Notes: generated from the letters alone by a model not told the origin. A stretch of DNA of 64,000 nucleotides from Bugula neritina (GCA_964035545.1 OZ037772.1:3563538-3627537), one strand, 5' to 3'; positions 1 through 14,480 are shown, counted from the first letter of the stretch. A program made the numbers and translations.

Positions 1-2451
1 TTGAAGAGCTGCACACAGATAGTGGATAATTATAGAATAGAGCTGGCCTTGAGTAAGACAATGGGCAGACAGTCTCTGCTGGACACAGTACAACATGCAG
101 TTGACAAGTTCAATGATGCAGAGATTGTGAGAGACTACAAAGAGCTGAGTGAGAAGATGGAAAAGGCTACAGATATTGGTGTAATAGAGAAGTGTGTACT
201 TCCAGACAGCATCTTGGTACCAACATGTAGGTGGAGTCTATAAATAGTAACACTAACTATAAATAACTTTCTGCTTGTAATCATGTGAGTTGCTTTCACT
301 GAATATTTAAATAGTAGAATAAGTAGATAGAGTTTATTTATTAGAGAATTGAGTTTTGTTCTACTCTCACATTATGAGACATTTCTGCAGTGTTTCAGAG
401 TTTATGATGTATAAGTGAGCTGCTAAACTGTGTTATGCTGACTACCTGCTGTCATTATTGACAAGATATTCTCACTTAGACTTGTGCATCACGTAACAAC
501 TTGTAGTAACTACAGACTGATTGTACTTAAAACATCTTTTAGTTTTAAGTTTGAAAAGCTGTTCCCACCTCCTCAGGTGATGAGATTCTCAAGTTATAGA
601 ATTGTTATTTTGTTGTTGCAGACAGTGAAGACAGTCTGGGACTGAAGCTGCTGCAGCCACCATCTTCTCTCCAGTCTGATGGACTTCCTGTACGTGACTG
701 GTGTATCACAGTAAACATCTCAGCTGATGGACATCTTATGTGTGGGACACTAGAAGGTATAGAAGTAATAAATAGAGACACTCTGGATACTATCAGCTCA
801 GTGAAGGACACCAACACTACAGAGTGGAGGGAGATAATCCAACCTGAAGGGGTGATGGTTGGCAGCTCGTATAACGAAGAGGAGGAAACAGCTGAAGTCT
901 CACTTCTTGATCCGAACTCCTTTGAGAAGACTCGCTCTCTCTACAAGCAGCCATTAGATGTACTCACTTACTATAGAATAGCTCAGCACGACTCACTGCT
1001 CTATATTGTAGACTACAGAGAGAAGCAGCTGGTAGTCTGTAACCTAGTTGACAATAAAATACAGAAGTTCCCACTTCCTGAGATGAAGAACCCTGTACCT
1101 GTATGCATCCTCCCAGACTCATCTCTCCTCATAGGAGACTGCACTGCAGATGGTAAAGTGAGAAGATATAAAGTGGAGAACACAACTCTCACTCTAATGT
1201 GGGAGTTTCTTCACATCTCAGTACCATCTGGTATTTCCTTTGATCCAACATCTGAACTGATTCACATCTGTACATGGGAAGGACCTCTCCTCATCCTCTC
1301 ACTTGAAGGTAAATACTCTGTTTATTATAGTAAGTTTAGTTATTTTATATATAATTATGTTGTAGTAAATAATATATTTTAATAATTAACAGTAAACAAC
1401 TTCCACTCATGAGATATATTATGTTATTGTTAGTACTTATCAAGTCACTGATGTTATTTTTAGCTAAAAGTTATGTAATAAAGACTGTAACATGCTGATA
1501 GTAGATGTTATATTCTTCATCACATGACTTGTAGTTAATAATAATATTAGTGAATAATACTGCCTCCCTGCAATGAGTTTATTTCCAGCTGCAGTAACAT
1601 GCAGGATGTAAGCACAGGTTAAAGTGTGTATTATATTGTATAGGTTTAAGGTGTACTCTGTGTAGTGTGCAGTGAGCTCTTAGTAAACTCTCTATTCAGT
1701 CTTCCTTTCCAAGGGTTCACCTGGTAGTGTAGAGGATAGGGACTCCACACTGCTAAGTGAGTTGGTGCTGCAAGGGGTTCAAACCCACCTATCAGCATGT
1801 CTAGTTAATATACTATGCAAGTGTTTTACAGTAATTTTAGAGGTGCTCAGTCTAACAACTGTACAGAATGCCAGCTACACATGAGTTATAAGTTGTAGTT
1901 TGACTTCAGTCTAGTGCTGCTGTTGTTTTGGTCATCAGATAATTTAAATATAAATAATTTGATACTTTTGACTGCCATTACTGAGACTATATAATTTAAT
2001 GATGGCCGATAGAGCAGTGTTTGCTGGTGGGACTCAGGTGGCTGCGGTTGGTTCTTGTCAAGTATTTAATATGTGATAATGTTGGAGTAGCTGCAGTAGC
2101 AGTAGTTTGAAGTAGACTTGTGGGTGTGTTCTTGCTAAGAGCCACAGGCTAAGTTTGTGGGTCAAGGTCAATACAGTTGTATAATGAGGCACTATTTTCT
2201 GCTGTTTAAATATTTACTTCATGCATATAACCTGCTTAGTTGCATCTTTAAAGACAGTCTGTCTGTTTCTCTCAATACACACCAACTGATACAATATGAT
2301 GCTATTATTTACAGGTCAACTGGTGCTTACTGTTCCCAGAGAAAGTCTTGGTGTGAGTAGCTCCCACGTGTGGGACATTGCTGTGTATAACAGAGACACA
2401 GTGTTTCTAGCAGGTGGAGATGGACTGAGGAGATACACAATAAAATACTAA
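1..2451 (+). CDS. 3' exons of a TRIM-like protein (coiled-coil followed by NHL/SMP30-like beta-propeller); 5' part lies outside the window
   Basis: Phase-compatible exons 1-226, 622-1308 and 2315-2451 with GT..AG introns, stop TAA at 2449-2451 and AATAAA at 2629-2634. The first exon reads as helical (DAEIVRDYKELSEKMEKA). Propeller-blade motifs follow (LYIVDY, PVPVCILPDSSLLIGD, PSGISFDPTSELIHIC). Confidence 0.75.
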
Positions 2452-4829
2452 ACTTATCAGCTACAGTTTGCTAATAATTAGCTCAGTGAGGTGCTGAGAG
2501 ATAAACTGGATAAAATTTGTCATCAACATAATTATATTCATTACAATTCATCATTACACACACTCTGTATTTATAGTTAGATATGAGATGTTTTACTGTA
2601 TCAAATATATGTTGCTATTTTACTATCTAATAAAGTTTATTTGTTAGTGAAAATATAGTCTGTTTTCATGTCTCATTAGCTTAGTTCAAGTTGAGTTCGA
2701 TTAGTAAAAATAATCTTTACTGGAGCAGTAACTGTAAATGACTTGTCTGTTGGAGAATTTATTTACTGAATTGACATGCAGGTGCAAGTAACTCCAACAT
2801 GACTTAGTAAATTTATTCAAACCACACATGATACATAATATAGATTCCATTGCTGTGTACAACAGCAATGAGTAGCCAATCAAATTGTTTCTTGTCATGC
2901 AATCAGGAATCTGATAAATAATATATAAGGCAATCAGCTAGATATAAACACTGTATTACTCTACACATGAGCTGTCTGTGATGCAGCTGCTTTGTAAAAT
3001 GTGTGTAATTTGATGAGTTTAGTTCAATTGGTTGCAGTTTAATTATGACGTGTTCTCCATTCACCTGGTAGAAATATCATGAGGTATAATAGAAGACAAC
3101 TCCTAAGCATGTCTAAAGGCATGCTTTTAGTAAACAATATATTGCAATGCTACCATCTGATTGGACAACTTAGTTCTCATGCAACAGCTTAGAGCTCTTG
3201 TGTATATTGCAACTAGTTACCAAATGGTAATGACAACATTTACATGTAAACTCAACTTTCTTAAAAATAGCCATTATAGTACTATAGTAGGGAGTTTTGC
3301 TGATGTGTTTGTATTATTTCTACCTGCAGGGCTGATTACATTATAAATTGTTTAATCTTATCTTGGAATTGTGCCTCCAAATTAATCAAGTAACTTGTAT
3401 TTTCTATTGTCTGTTGTCAGGTGGATCCAGATGGTGGCTCCATAGCTAATGCTATCCAGGCTTACTGTCGCAAGGAAATGAAGAGCACTTGCACCAATGC
3501 CAAGACCTCCGAGTTTGCCACCAAGTCATACGTCACCCAGCAGCTAGATAATCAGCCATTCGTTGCTAAACACATGGGAACTCGTAAGTGTTTATCTTGT
3601 ATCAACCATGACTGTCTTAGTAATAGTCAAGAATATCCAAGAGTTTTATGTTGAGCATTGTTTCCTTCACATCTATACTATATGCTGGGGTTTTCCACAC
3701 ACCTATGCTATATGCTGTGGTTTCCCCGCAATGTTATGTTCTATGCTGGGGTTTCCCTCACACCTACGTTATATGCTGGGGTTTCCTTTCCACATATGCT
3801 ATATGCTGGGGTTTCCCTCACAGCTAGTCTGTCACTTATTTTCAGAAGCTGTTTATCTGGAGTACTGGGTGCTGTTGGTAGACCTGGAGAGAAGGCTGCT
3901 TATCATAGACCTGGAGAGCAGGGTGATCAAGGACTTTCTGGCCCCATGGGTACAGTGGGAATCCCCGGTAACTAGGGACCTGAAGGTGCTCAAGGAGACA
4001 AGGAGGCAAGGACATTTTTTATTCAGTTTTCTCTTTATTTTAGTTCTCTGACTTTTCACTAGCCAATCCTTTAGTTGTTTATTTATAGGGGCCAGCTGGG
4101 CCACAGGGTTCTTCTGGACCAACTGGAATTTCTGGATCAGCGGGTCGGTCCACGTGGGCCAACTGGTCCTCAAGGACCCCAGGGAGCTAAGGGAATTCCC
4201 GGCAAACAAGGACCTAAATGTATGAATGTATGAATGAAGTTTGATCGAACTAATCTTTGTGCTTAGTTATTGACCATGAACAGAATCTTTGCTCTAAGAG
4301 TTATAATATGTTATACAATACAATATTGTTACAGAAAATATTATTCACTAATATCTCACAGCTAAGGTGTGTCTCCTAAATATATTCATTACTATAGGGG
4401 CCAGCTGGGCCACAGGGTGCTTCTGGACCAACTGGATTGTCCGGACCAACTGGTCCTCAGAGACCCCACGGAGCTTCTGTGAATTCCCGGCGAACAAGGA
4501 CCTAAAGGTATGAATTAAGTTGAACCAATCTTTGTCCTTAGTTATTGGCCATCAACAGAATCATGGCTCTAAGAGTTATCCTTCTTAGTAAGAAGGTAAG
4601 GCAACTCCTAAGTCATGATAATATGAATATCATCTGCTGTTGTAGGACCAACTGGTTTCCAGGGACCGCAGGGATTCCCCGGAGCTCCTGTTATTGATGG
4701 TGAAAGGGGAGATGTCGGACCAGCTGGTATTGCTGGACCACCCAGGCTACGGGGTTCTGATGGCAAACAAGGAATAACTGGTCCTCCTGGTGCTATGGGT
4801 GGTATGGGACCACCTGAACCTGATGGTGC

Positions 4830-5881
4830 TGTTACTGGCCCCGTATGAATTAAACCAGGATTTCCAAACGCAGAAGTTTATTGGTTATACTTGTTGGTAA
4901 ACTTGCTGATAAATTCTCTGATAAACTTGCTGTGATAAACTTGCTGGTAAAAACTAAATAAGAAAGGCAAAAGTTATATAAATGATTGCATGCATATAAA
5001 TGTGGTTAAAAATATTAAAGTAATGCTCACAAAAACCATAAAGTAAATTTATTATAAAATAATAATTCAGATAATAATATGAATGAAAGTAACTAACCTC
5101 TTGGGTCCTTCATAAACAGTGCCAGTAAATAATATATTGTCAAACCAGTAGAAGAATAAAATAGTAATTACAGTTTTGTTAAAGAGTGCTGCCAACTGAT
5201 TGTATTAAGTTTGTAAAGTGTTTATATACTCTGGTTGTTGTTACTGTACCAGGCAAAAACATATTGCATAAACAACTATTGTCCCTAAAAAATACCACAA
5301 TGATTGTGCGTCCCAAAACATAGTAAATATTTACTGGGTAGCCTCAGGCTACCAACCCAGCCTGTACAGGTTGGGCAAGAATGACAGCCACCCAAACCAC
5401 AATGACCTGACCACAAATCCAATAGTCAGCACAAGGCAGATGAGTAATGCCTGCTGACGTATGTCACCTAAACATAAATAGGAAGTTAATGGGGTCAACA
5501 GTTATTTATAGTGGGCAACACACAACCAGTTAGCCTAGGGCCACACTGTGCGTATTTTCGCATGCGAAAATTGAAATCACAAGTAGCAAAGGTGTCCACT
5601 GTGCGCGTTGAGAAAACCTTCGCACTTGTCGCTCTGCATTCTCAACGCAAATGCTAATCGTCTCTGTCGTCGTCACCTAATTGGCTGATAGTTATTCAGC
5701 GAGCCCAACTTCTTTATTTTAGTGCTACATTCCAGTAAATTGCGTTTTGTTGAAAGCGAGTGCGATTTAAAAATGAAAGCTTTATTCATCACGCATCACT
5801 GACGCTACAGTGGACACCTTTGCTACTTGTGATTTCAATTTTCGCATGCGAAAATACGCACCGTGTGGCCCTAGGCTTACA
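4830..5881 (-). mobile_element. Solo LTR of an LTR retrotransposon (~705 bp after removing the nested MITE)
   Basis: 5-bp TSD GGTGC at 4825-4829 and 5882-5886, confirmed against the empty paralogous site at ~23973. Termini are TGTTACTGG...CCAGTTACA once the MITE is removed. A minus-strand TATA-like motif lies at ~5505 and AATAAA at ~5048. Confidence 0.8.
5533..5876. mobile_element. 344-bp MITE, PIF/Harbinger (Tourist)-like
   Basis: 70-bp TIRs (5533-5602 and 5807-5876, one mismatch) with a TTA target duplication on both sides. Confidence 0.9.
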
Positions 5882-6923
5882 GGTGCTAAGGTAAACACTT
5901 ACACTGCTAACAGGTTATCGTTATTCATCTTGTTAGTTTAGTGGTAATAAACCAATAGTATTTAGTTCTAGGGTGAACAAGGGAGAGATGGGGAAATGGA
6001 TAGTCTCGGCAGACTTGGACCTCCTGGTGAAGCCCCAGTATTTGGTTAGTTATTAGTAAAACCGAATCATTGTTCATTACTTGTATCTTTTTCATTTTCT
6101 TTCAGCTGTTTATTGGTAATCTTTTGAGAATTTCATCCATAGCCTGTGATTGAAGCTTTTATTTTATTCTACCATGGGTTATGTTAGGTGCTCTCCCTAT
6201 GATGATGAGTGCAATGATGTCCAACGGTAAAGGTGTACAAGCTGATGATGCAGGCGCCAACAATGAGCTCTATAATACGTACCGCAATGAGTAATGGCCA
6301 TGATGTGCTTTGATGTTGCCTGCTTTGTAGCGGAAAGGCTCTTTTAACTGCTGTTTTGGAACTCAAATGACAGACTTGTTTCAGATTGTTTGTATGTTTT
6401 TGCAGACAAACAATTTTATAATTAACTGTTAGAAACTATTGTAATAAAAATAGAGACAGCTGTTGTAATGTATTTCTCCTCCTAGCATTGATGATTGACA
6501 TTCTTCTTTGATGAGTCACCTATTTAGTTCGTTTCTTCAGTTAAATGTTGCTACATTCTGACAGATTATATAATATTGGTTTCATTGCTGTTAGCTTACA
6601 TCACTACTTCCACCTTATGTTTCTAGAAACAAAAGTAAGGGACAGGTACAATCTATACTATATATTATATACTGTTTGTTACTTTATATATTCCATAATA
6701 TATACTGTGTATTATTATACTCTGTGATATCTACTGTGTATTATATACCAGCATTGAACTCTGTTATCTGCAACTATTTCTCCACGAATACTTTACATAG
6801 TTTGACTGTTCTAAGCAAAACTGCGAGTAATTGCAGTGTAACTGTACTGCAGTTTAAAGCTTTTTTTTTAAGATAAAGCTAAATCTTAGCCACTGTTATA
6901 GTGTAGATGCTGCAGGTCTTTCA

Positions 6924-7032
6924 GTGTCTCACCTGCCTGCCACAGACGTGTCTCACCTGCCTGCCACAGACCTGCCTCACCTGCCCGCCACAGATGTGCC
7001 TCACCTGCCCGCCACAGACGTGTGTCACTTGC
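6924..7032. repeat. 24-bp minisatellite (GTGTCTCACCTGCCTGCCACAGAC), ~4.5 copies
   Basis: Direct tandem copies visible in the sequence. Confidence 0.85.
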
Positions 7033-7657
7033 AGTAAATGGTAAATAGTATTATAATGAGTGTTAATGAGGGATGAGCTCCATTACATATGAATGTTATT
7101 AATTACATTTAATTTGGTTCTCACAAGGGATAAATAGAAGTTATAAAATCTTACTCCTGGGGTCCAACTATGTGAGGCAATTTTAACAGTGGCTAATCTT
7201 CTTTGTTCTCAGCAGTGATTACTGCATTGAATTATTCTGAACTTGTTTAAATAAATACTTGGTATAGTAGAAAATTTATAAATTTTGTTTTAGGATTTAA
7301 ACTTTGAAATATAATAGATATGCAATTACGAAGTAATTTTAAAACCTAATTACATTTCTAGATGTGTAATATATGTTCTACAATTACAGTTTTATACATA
7401 TGTAACAAATTACATTCAATTATACTTGAAAAAAAATAATTAATCACAGCTAATTACAAATTACATTCTCTCAAACTCTGGTGGTAATGGTTAATAACTG
7501 GCAGACTCAAATATCCTGTGTGCAGAAGTTTTTAGGGCTACTGATGATATTTAAAAACATTTTCTATTTGGTTTTTCACATTTCTAACTTTTGTCCCCCA
7601 TATTTAAGGGATAAGAGTATGAAAGCTGGTGTGTACTAAATGAAGTAAACTGACTCA

Positions 7658-7807
<150 letters not shown>

Positions 7808-10800
7808 TATATATATACATAATATAGCTATAAACATGCACGTATATAAAGAAAATAACATTCATGCAACTGGTAGTAAATACTGTTTAGTATGAGCTTC
7901 TACTAATTTTGCTACGGCATGTAGTTGCATTATAATAAATAGCGAGTTTAGGAGATCCTAAAGCACTTTATAGTCGTTTATGCAGAATTTTTCTTTCAGT
8001 CCAATATATGAAACTTATAAAAATAATTTTAGAGAGAACACACACTAACCGAAAATCAATTTGTTTTCAATAAAGTATATCATAGACCTGCATACTTTGT
8101 TCAGGAAAGAAGAGAGAGCCACAAAGGAAGAGCCACGCCTACCATGTCTAATGAAAACAGACCTGTCATACTAAGTAGCTACAAACCTGCTATACCAGAT
8201 AAAAACAAACCTGCCATATTGCTCAAAACTGAACCTGCAGCACTGAGCAAAGAGCAACCAATCAAATATTCCAAGCAAAGAGAAAACAATTCAGCATTGT
8301 GGGAAAACCTCCCCAGGGGGATCAGCAAACTCCAACAGCTGGTCAAAGTTTTAGCTACAGAAAAGGAAGAATTGCCGAGTATTGTAATTATTCAGTGAGG
8401 AAAACCGCATGCTCACCTTGTTCTGGTAACCACCACACAACTGTGAAGAGAAAGGGCTGGAAAGCTACACAACTTTGAGACATTTCTCATACAGACAGCT
8501 GTTCTATAAGAAGTGTTACATAAGAGTTGTGACTATTGACTATTATAGACAGGGTTGTAAGAATGTGGACACAGTTTTAGGATTTCTTATTTTAGGAATC
8601 CAATACTTTAGTTATGTTATGATAGCATTAACTTAGCAGAAGCTTTGGTGGAATTCGATATAATGCTTAATTACTACTCATAGCAGGAAAGTTCAGTATT
8701 TTTTTAAAAAAAATATAATATTATATTTGTATTTTCGTATAAATAAATGTTCATTATACATGCCGATAATAAAAGTCAACTCATTATATGGTACACAAAA
8801 GTTACATCTGTAAATAAACATGTGCATGCTTCAGCTGAAGAATTACAAATAAAATGAGAAGGAAACAAAACATATTCAACTGAATGGGTGATCAGATGAC
8901 ATTGCTGTATAAAATGACGAATTAGGAAAGAGAAAGCCTGTGGAAACAAAGCAACACTGAACTACAATGTGGCTAACAAATACCAGGTTAGCAGAAATAA
9001 TATCATATTCAATAAATAAAATAACAAGAGGTGTAAAATGTCAATATAAGTACACATAGAAAAAATAGGTAATGTACAGAATAAAAAGTAACAGTTTAAT
9101 ATTGATAAAGCTTTTCATTTTCACACAAACATAATATCTTTACAAGGCATTATTGTATATATAACTATTTGTATTAGGAGAGAGAAACAATATAATTTAG
9201 TATGCTCACATGGAACTATAGAAGGGAATGTCAGCTAGAAGAGGAAGGAAATGGAGGTCAAGGCCAGCACCGCAATGTCAAGGTCAACTGGAAGAAAAGT
9301 AGTTTTAGGTCACGACTTGTCATTCTCAAACATGGCGGCTAGATTGAGCACACTTTTGAACTAGAAGAGGAAGGAGGCGAGGAGACCACAGAGCTCTCTG
9401 GGGAGGGAGGTAAAACACGCTTCAGCTACAAAGCAAGAGTTGAAAAGAAAACTAATTGGAAAAAGTTGAAATTTTCCTCCATTTGATCAAAAATGAACAG
9501 ATATTAATAAAACAATTCTACAGATTCTAATGCTGATAAGCCAGGACAACTATAGCATATTATAATTATATTATCACCTCCATTATATAATAATCATATT
9601 ACATAATACATTATAATAATTGTTTATATGCCATATTATAATTATATTATATTATAATCATACTATATTATTAATATGGTATATTATTATATTATACTAT
9701 ATCAATGTACATGACTTGCACCAAGTAGATGCCAAACGTTACCTTTTCTGTGTTGGCAACTTGGGGCAAAACTCTTTTGGGTCGAATGTCTGAAATAGAT
9801 GGGGAAGAGATGATTCACCGCCCCTAGCAGAGGCGTGATGTCAGGAGAAGAATCCGAGGCTAAGTTACAACAACTTCTTCTCATGGTGTTGGCGGCTTTG
9901 AGAAAGATAGCTCTGTCGTACTCCTTGCCTGAAGACAGGAAACGGGTCATTGTACTTCCATAAAGGAAACGTACATGAACTGTATCCGAAGCTCAAACTA
10001 ACGTCTGTTAATGGTAATGGAAGATATAACAATTTTATTGAGAATTAAAGGCTCTATTAATAGTAATCATTAGATATCTGAATTTGAATTGTGGGAGGCT
10101 AACGCACTCACCCTGAGTAAACATCAGTTTGAACAGAGCACTGAGGTTATCTCCAATACTGTTGAGACTAGCTATAGCCTGGAAGCACATATCATATTGC
10201 AGGCACGGGTCTATGTCGGTAGGTTTCATACCTTCCAACTGTAAAGAGACGAAAGAGCGAATAAAAATGAATAACTAAACAGATAATACATTCACTAACA
10301 GGTGGTTGTCAGGTGGGTGATATTCACTACTGCTTCCCTCTGATCGCGTGATGTAACAGTCAAACATGACATCACATGTCGACTCACTCTGCACTGCGGG
10401 TGGCTGTGACAAACAGCGCTCCATACTCAGACCACCCACAGTCCAAGCACCTGGAGCACTGCCCAAACATGACAAAAAGTGACAAGACAAAGTGCTGGGG
10501 ATAACTGGCAATACAAAGAGAATTAACAGTCAGAGTATGAAGTTGGTACTCACCAGTTTGAAGGTGTTCCCAATACCATCTCTATAACTGGTTAGAAAGG
10601 ATTGCACTTGGTTGAGGACTCTGTTAACAGCACCATAAATATCCTCTTCAGCGTGGCAGTTGCCGGCACCTGCACAACATGAAATAACTACCACCTGCTA
10701 TTCGTTGACATATGTGAGACCAGTTGCTAGTGACATCAAATGACAGGTACTTGGTCAGCAAATTTATACAAAGATGAGAGTTCTACTGTCACTTGATCAA

Positions 10801-12373
10801 AGCTTCCGACACTCTTCGCCTAGTGTGACTCATAAATTATATATGACTTAGGCTAGCAGGTGAGCATGAGCTCATTTTATAAGCTATGTAGCTCAAAACT
10901 ATGCAAGCATCCTACCATAAAGAGACACCACTATACACCGCACCATTAGTATGAGAGTCTTCATAAGAACTAAAGCTACACTCAAGCCCCACCAGCATAA
11001 TAGAATATATTGCAAACACTTACTATTGCACATATAGTCTATGGATGAGAGGGTTGCAGTCAGCTTTTCTGTAGGTGTATGGATACATTGAGCAAGGGCA
11101 CCTTGGGCACATGCCATGCGCACATCTGTTGACAGCTGTCAAGTACATGACAGTACATATTGATGCACTGCCTTGTCTGTGTTACCCAGCAGTGCCTGCA
11201 AACAAATATGGAGATATTACTCAAGAAATGAGCAGAATTCTTTTTATTTCAGAGATTTTTACATATATTCTTACATTAACAAAGGCATAAATTTTGAACA
11301 TCTACATAAAATATTGGAGATATGTTAACTTTTTCTGCAACATCTGTAAGTTAAACAGCAAAAAACAAGTTTCTACCCAACATAAAATGTCAACCATTGG
11401 ACAATCACCTGCATGAATTGAATGATGAGCCTGGATATCTTATTGCTGAGCTGTGACATCCTCTGCACAGTGTCTGCAAGGTGCTCTGAGTCAATATCAT
11501 CACACATACTGGAGCACAGCTGGCACTGTTCCAACAACACCTCCGATGAGGTCACCAGTTGCAGACAACATGCCCCTGTAGCTTCTTGACACTGGGAATC
11601 TTCTGGCTCTATAAGTTTGTATCATGAGGATATATTTAATACGATGTTATGTGATTATATGGAGTTGTCATCACAATACAAAATAGTGATAGTTTTGAGC
11701 AACAACTCTTATATTATTATATGAACTTATTGAGAAACAGCATCTTGGGAACATAGGCTTTACATTACTACATTACAATACATACACATGTATAACAGAA
11801 GTTGAACAAAATATTTGTATATTCCTATCCTAAAGATTTAAATATTTTTCAAGTCAGTTGGGTTTTACCTTTTATATGTACACTGTTCAGTGGAATGCTT
11901 CTTTTAAACAAACAAAGTGTTATTTAAACTCATTAATTTTAGTTGCCAAGGGAGATAAAGTTGCAGATAGTTTCTTTTCCTTTCAGATAAAACGTGTTAC
12001 ATATGCATATGAATATGTGCAACTGATGATATCAATTAAAATACAAATACCTTGCAACATAAAATAACACAACACCTGCAAAATACTGCTTACAATAGAA
12101 TTTGCAGCTCTAACTGTAATATTGAGTTTACCCTGTGGCCCCTGTAGTGTAATGGTAGCACGCCAGCGGGTGAACAGTTTTTAATTGAGTTTTGGGTTTA
12201 AAAAGAAATTAGGACTCACCTGCTGACGCTGCCTTGTAGCTCTCCAGAATGCTGCCAGCAGAGATTGTACCCAACTCACACTGCCGCAGTATGCAGTCAA
12301 ACACCTTCCTGCTCCCTGCATTGGTTGCTATAAACAGAACAGAGCTACACGTATGAGATAAGAATGGACTAAC

Positions 12374-12495
12374 AGAGAGAGGGAGAGAGAGGGAGAGAGA
12401 GGGAGAGAGAGGGAGAGAGAGGGAGAGAGAGGGAGAGAGAGAGGGAGAGAGAGGGAGAGAGAGGGAGAGAGAGGGAGAGAGAGAGAGAGAGAGGG

Positions 12496-12528
<33 letters not shown>

Positions 12529-12923
12529 AGAGAGAGGGAGAGGGAGGGAGAGAGAGGGAGAGAGAGGGAGAGAGAGGGGGAGAGAGGGAGAGAGAGGGAG
12601 AGGGAGGGAGAGGGAGAGAGAGGGAGAGAGAGGGAGAGAGAGGGAGAGAGAGGGAGAGAGAGGGAGAGAGAGGGAGAGAGAGGGAGAGAGAGGGAGAGAG
12701 AGGGAGAGGGAGGGAGAGGGAGAGAGAGGGAGAGAGAGGGAGAGAGAGGGAGAGAGAGGGAGAGAGAGGGAGAGAGAGGGAGAGAGAGGGAGAGAGAGAG
12801 AGAGGGAGAGAGAGAGAGAGAGAGAGAGGGAGGGAGAGAGAGGGAGAGGGAGGGAGAGAGAGGGAGAGAGAGGGAGAGAGAGGGAGAGAGAGGGAGAGAG
12901 AGGGAGAGAGAGGGAGAGAGAGG

Positions 12924-12976
<53 letters not shown>

Positions 12977-13141
12977 GAGAGAGAGAGAGGGAGGGAGAGG
13001 GAGGGAGAGGGAGGGAGAGAGAGGGAGAGAGAGGGAGAGAGAGGGAGAGAGAGGGAGAGAGAGGGAGAGGGAGGGAGAGGGAGAGAGAGGGAGAGAGAGG
13101 GAGAGAGAGGGAGAGAGAGGGAGAGAGAGGGAGAGAGAGGG

Positions 13142-13228
<87 letters not shown>

Positions 13229-13318
13229 GAGGGAGAGAGAGGGAGAGAGAGGGAGAGAGAGGGAGAGGGAGAGAGAGGGAGAGAGAGGGAGAGAGAGGGA
13301 GAGAGAGGGAGAGAGAGG

Positions 13319-13350
<32 letters not shown>

Positions 13351-13399
13351 GGGAGAGAGAGGGGGAGAGGGAGAGGGAGAGAGGGAGAGAGAGGGAGAG
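12374..13399. repeat. ~1-kb pure purine tract (GA)n/(GAGGGAGAGA)n within an intron
   Basis: Direct reading. It explains the spurious Leu/Ser/Pro ORFs. Confidence 0.95.
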
Positions 13400-13667
13400 G
13401 ACGGATCAACAGTTACTGGCATCTCAATTTCCCCACACTTCTCACCTGTTCAGTGATTTTCACCTTGACCTCTTCCAACTTGTTATGACTTGGTAACCTG
13501 CTGTCTCCACTGTTGGAATCTGGTCTTATACCCTCACTTTCATTGGACGAGCCGTTAGCCAATAATGTGTGAGCAAATGGTGTGTTGGTGTTTAATGCTG
13601 AGTTATTACTAGTGTTTACTGCTGCCTGAGAGAGATTCGGCCTCAACTACAAAACATAACAGGATAA

Positions 13668-14480
13668 TCTACAGTACAAGGAGAGGATCTACAGTACAAG
13701 GAGAAGATCTACAGTACAAGGAGGGGATCTACAGTACAAGGAGAAGATCTACAGTACAAGGAGAGGGGGAATTATTTTCAACATGAAGAGTGTAAGCAAG
13801 TTCCAATAACAAGAAGCTAAACATTTGCCAACTTTGAGTCCTCTAACAGCTGCAAGGCCATCTTAAGCTTTTACCTAAACAAATGATGCCTAAGAACTTT
13901 TTAATCCCCACCCCAGAAAGAAACCTTGTGTCCATCACCTGAAAGACACACCATGTTTCTAATGTATTCCTTAGCTACAGTTTCACAAGAGAATGGATAT
14001 GATATGTGAGTGGTAGATGAACTCACCTGGTCAGTCATTGAAAGTCGAATGAGTTCACTGGATATCACTCCGTCTGTGTCACACAGGAAGTGCTTCCTCT
14101 GAGAGTTCTGGACCTTTGTCTTCGCTCCTATGGCAACAGCAGGGAGACTATTAGTTACTATAGCAACAGTAGTGAAACTATTAGTTACTATAGTAACAGC
14201 AGTGAAACTATTAGTTACTATAGCAACAGCAGTGAAACTATTAGTTACTATAGCAACAACAGTGAAACTATTAGTTACTATAGCAACAACAGTGAAACTA
14301 TTAGTTAATATAGCAACAGCAGTGAAACTAGTAGCTTAACTAACTCGTGCACAGAGCAAATATAAAAATACACAGCTATAGTGTACACAGAGTATATATA
14401 AATATACACAGCTATACACAGAGTATATATAAATATACACAGCTATAGTGTACACAGAGTATATATAAATATACACAGCA
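13668..14480. repeat. Cluster of intronic minisatellites: 20-bp (TCTACAGTACAAGGAGAGGA), 30-bp (GAAACTATTAGTTACTATAGCAACAGCAGT) and a short imperfect repeat, with an exon between them
   Basis: Tandem arrays at ~13668-13745, ~14135-14332 and ~14360-14480. Confidence 0.85.

Larger units (their letters stand above)
3395..6680 (+). pseudogene. Degenerate partial copy of the fibrillar collagen gene at 19-25.8 kb, with rearranged exon order
   Basis: Exons and introns closely match 22620-25053. It has Gly-X-Y exons with frameshifts and Gly substitutions, the COLFI exon (WVDPDGG..AIQAYC) at 3421, and an insertion interrupting an exon at 4830. Confidence 0.85.

Noticed and set aside
8144-8398. 84-aa ORF
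   Set aside because: No recognisable motif or splice context. It may be a TE fragment, but that cannot be supported from the sequence.
11139-11141. In-frame TGA as selenocysteine
   Set aside because: Other exons of the gene carry stops or phase conflicts and no SECIS was recognised, so pseudogenisation is simpler.
12328-13422. Leu/Ser/Pro-rich ORFs
   Set aside because: They are translations of the intronic GA tract.
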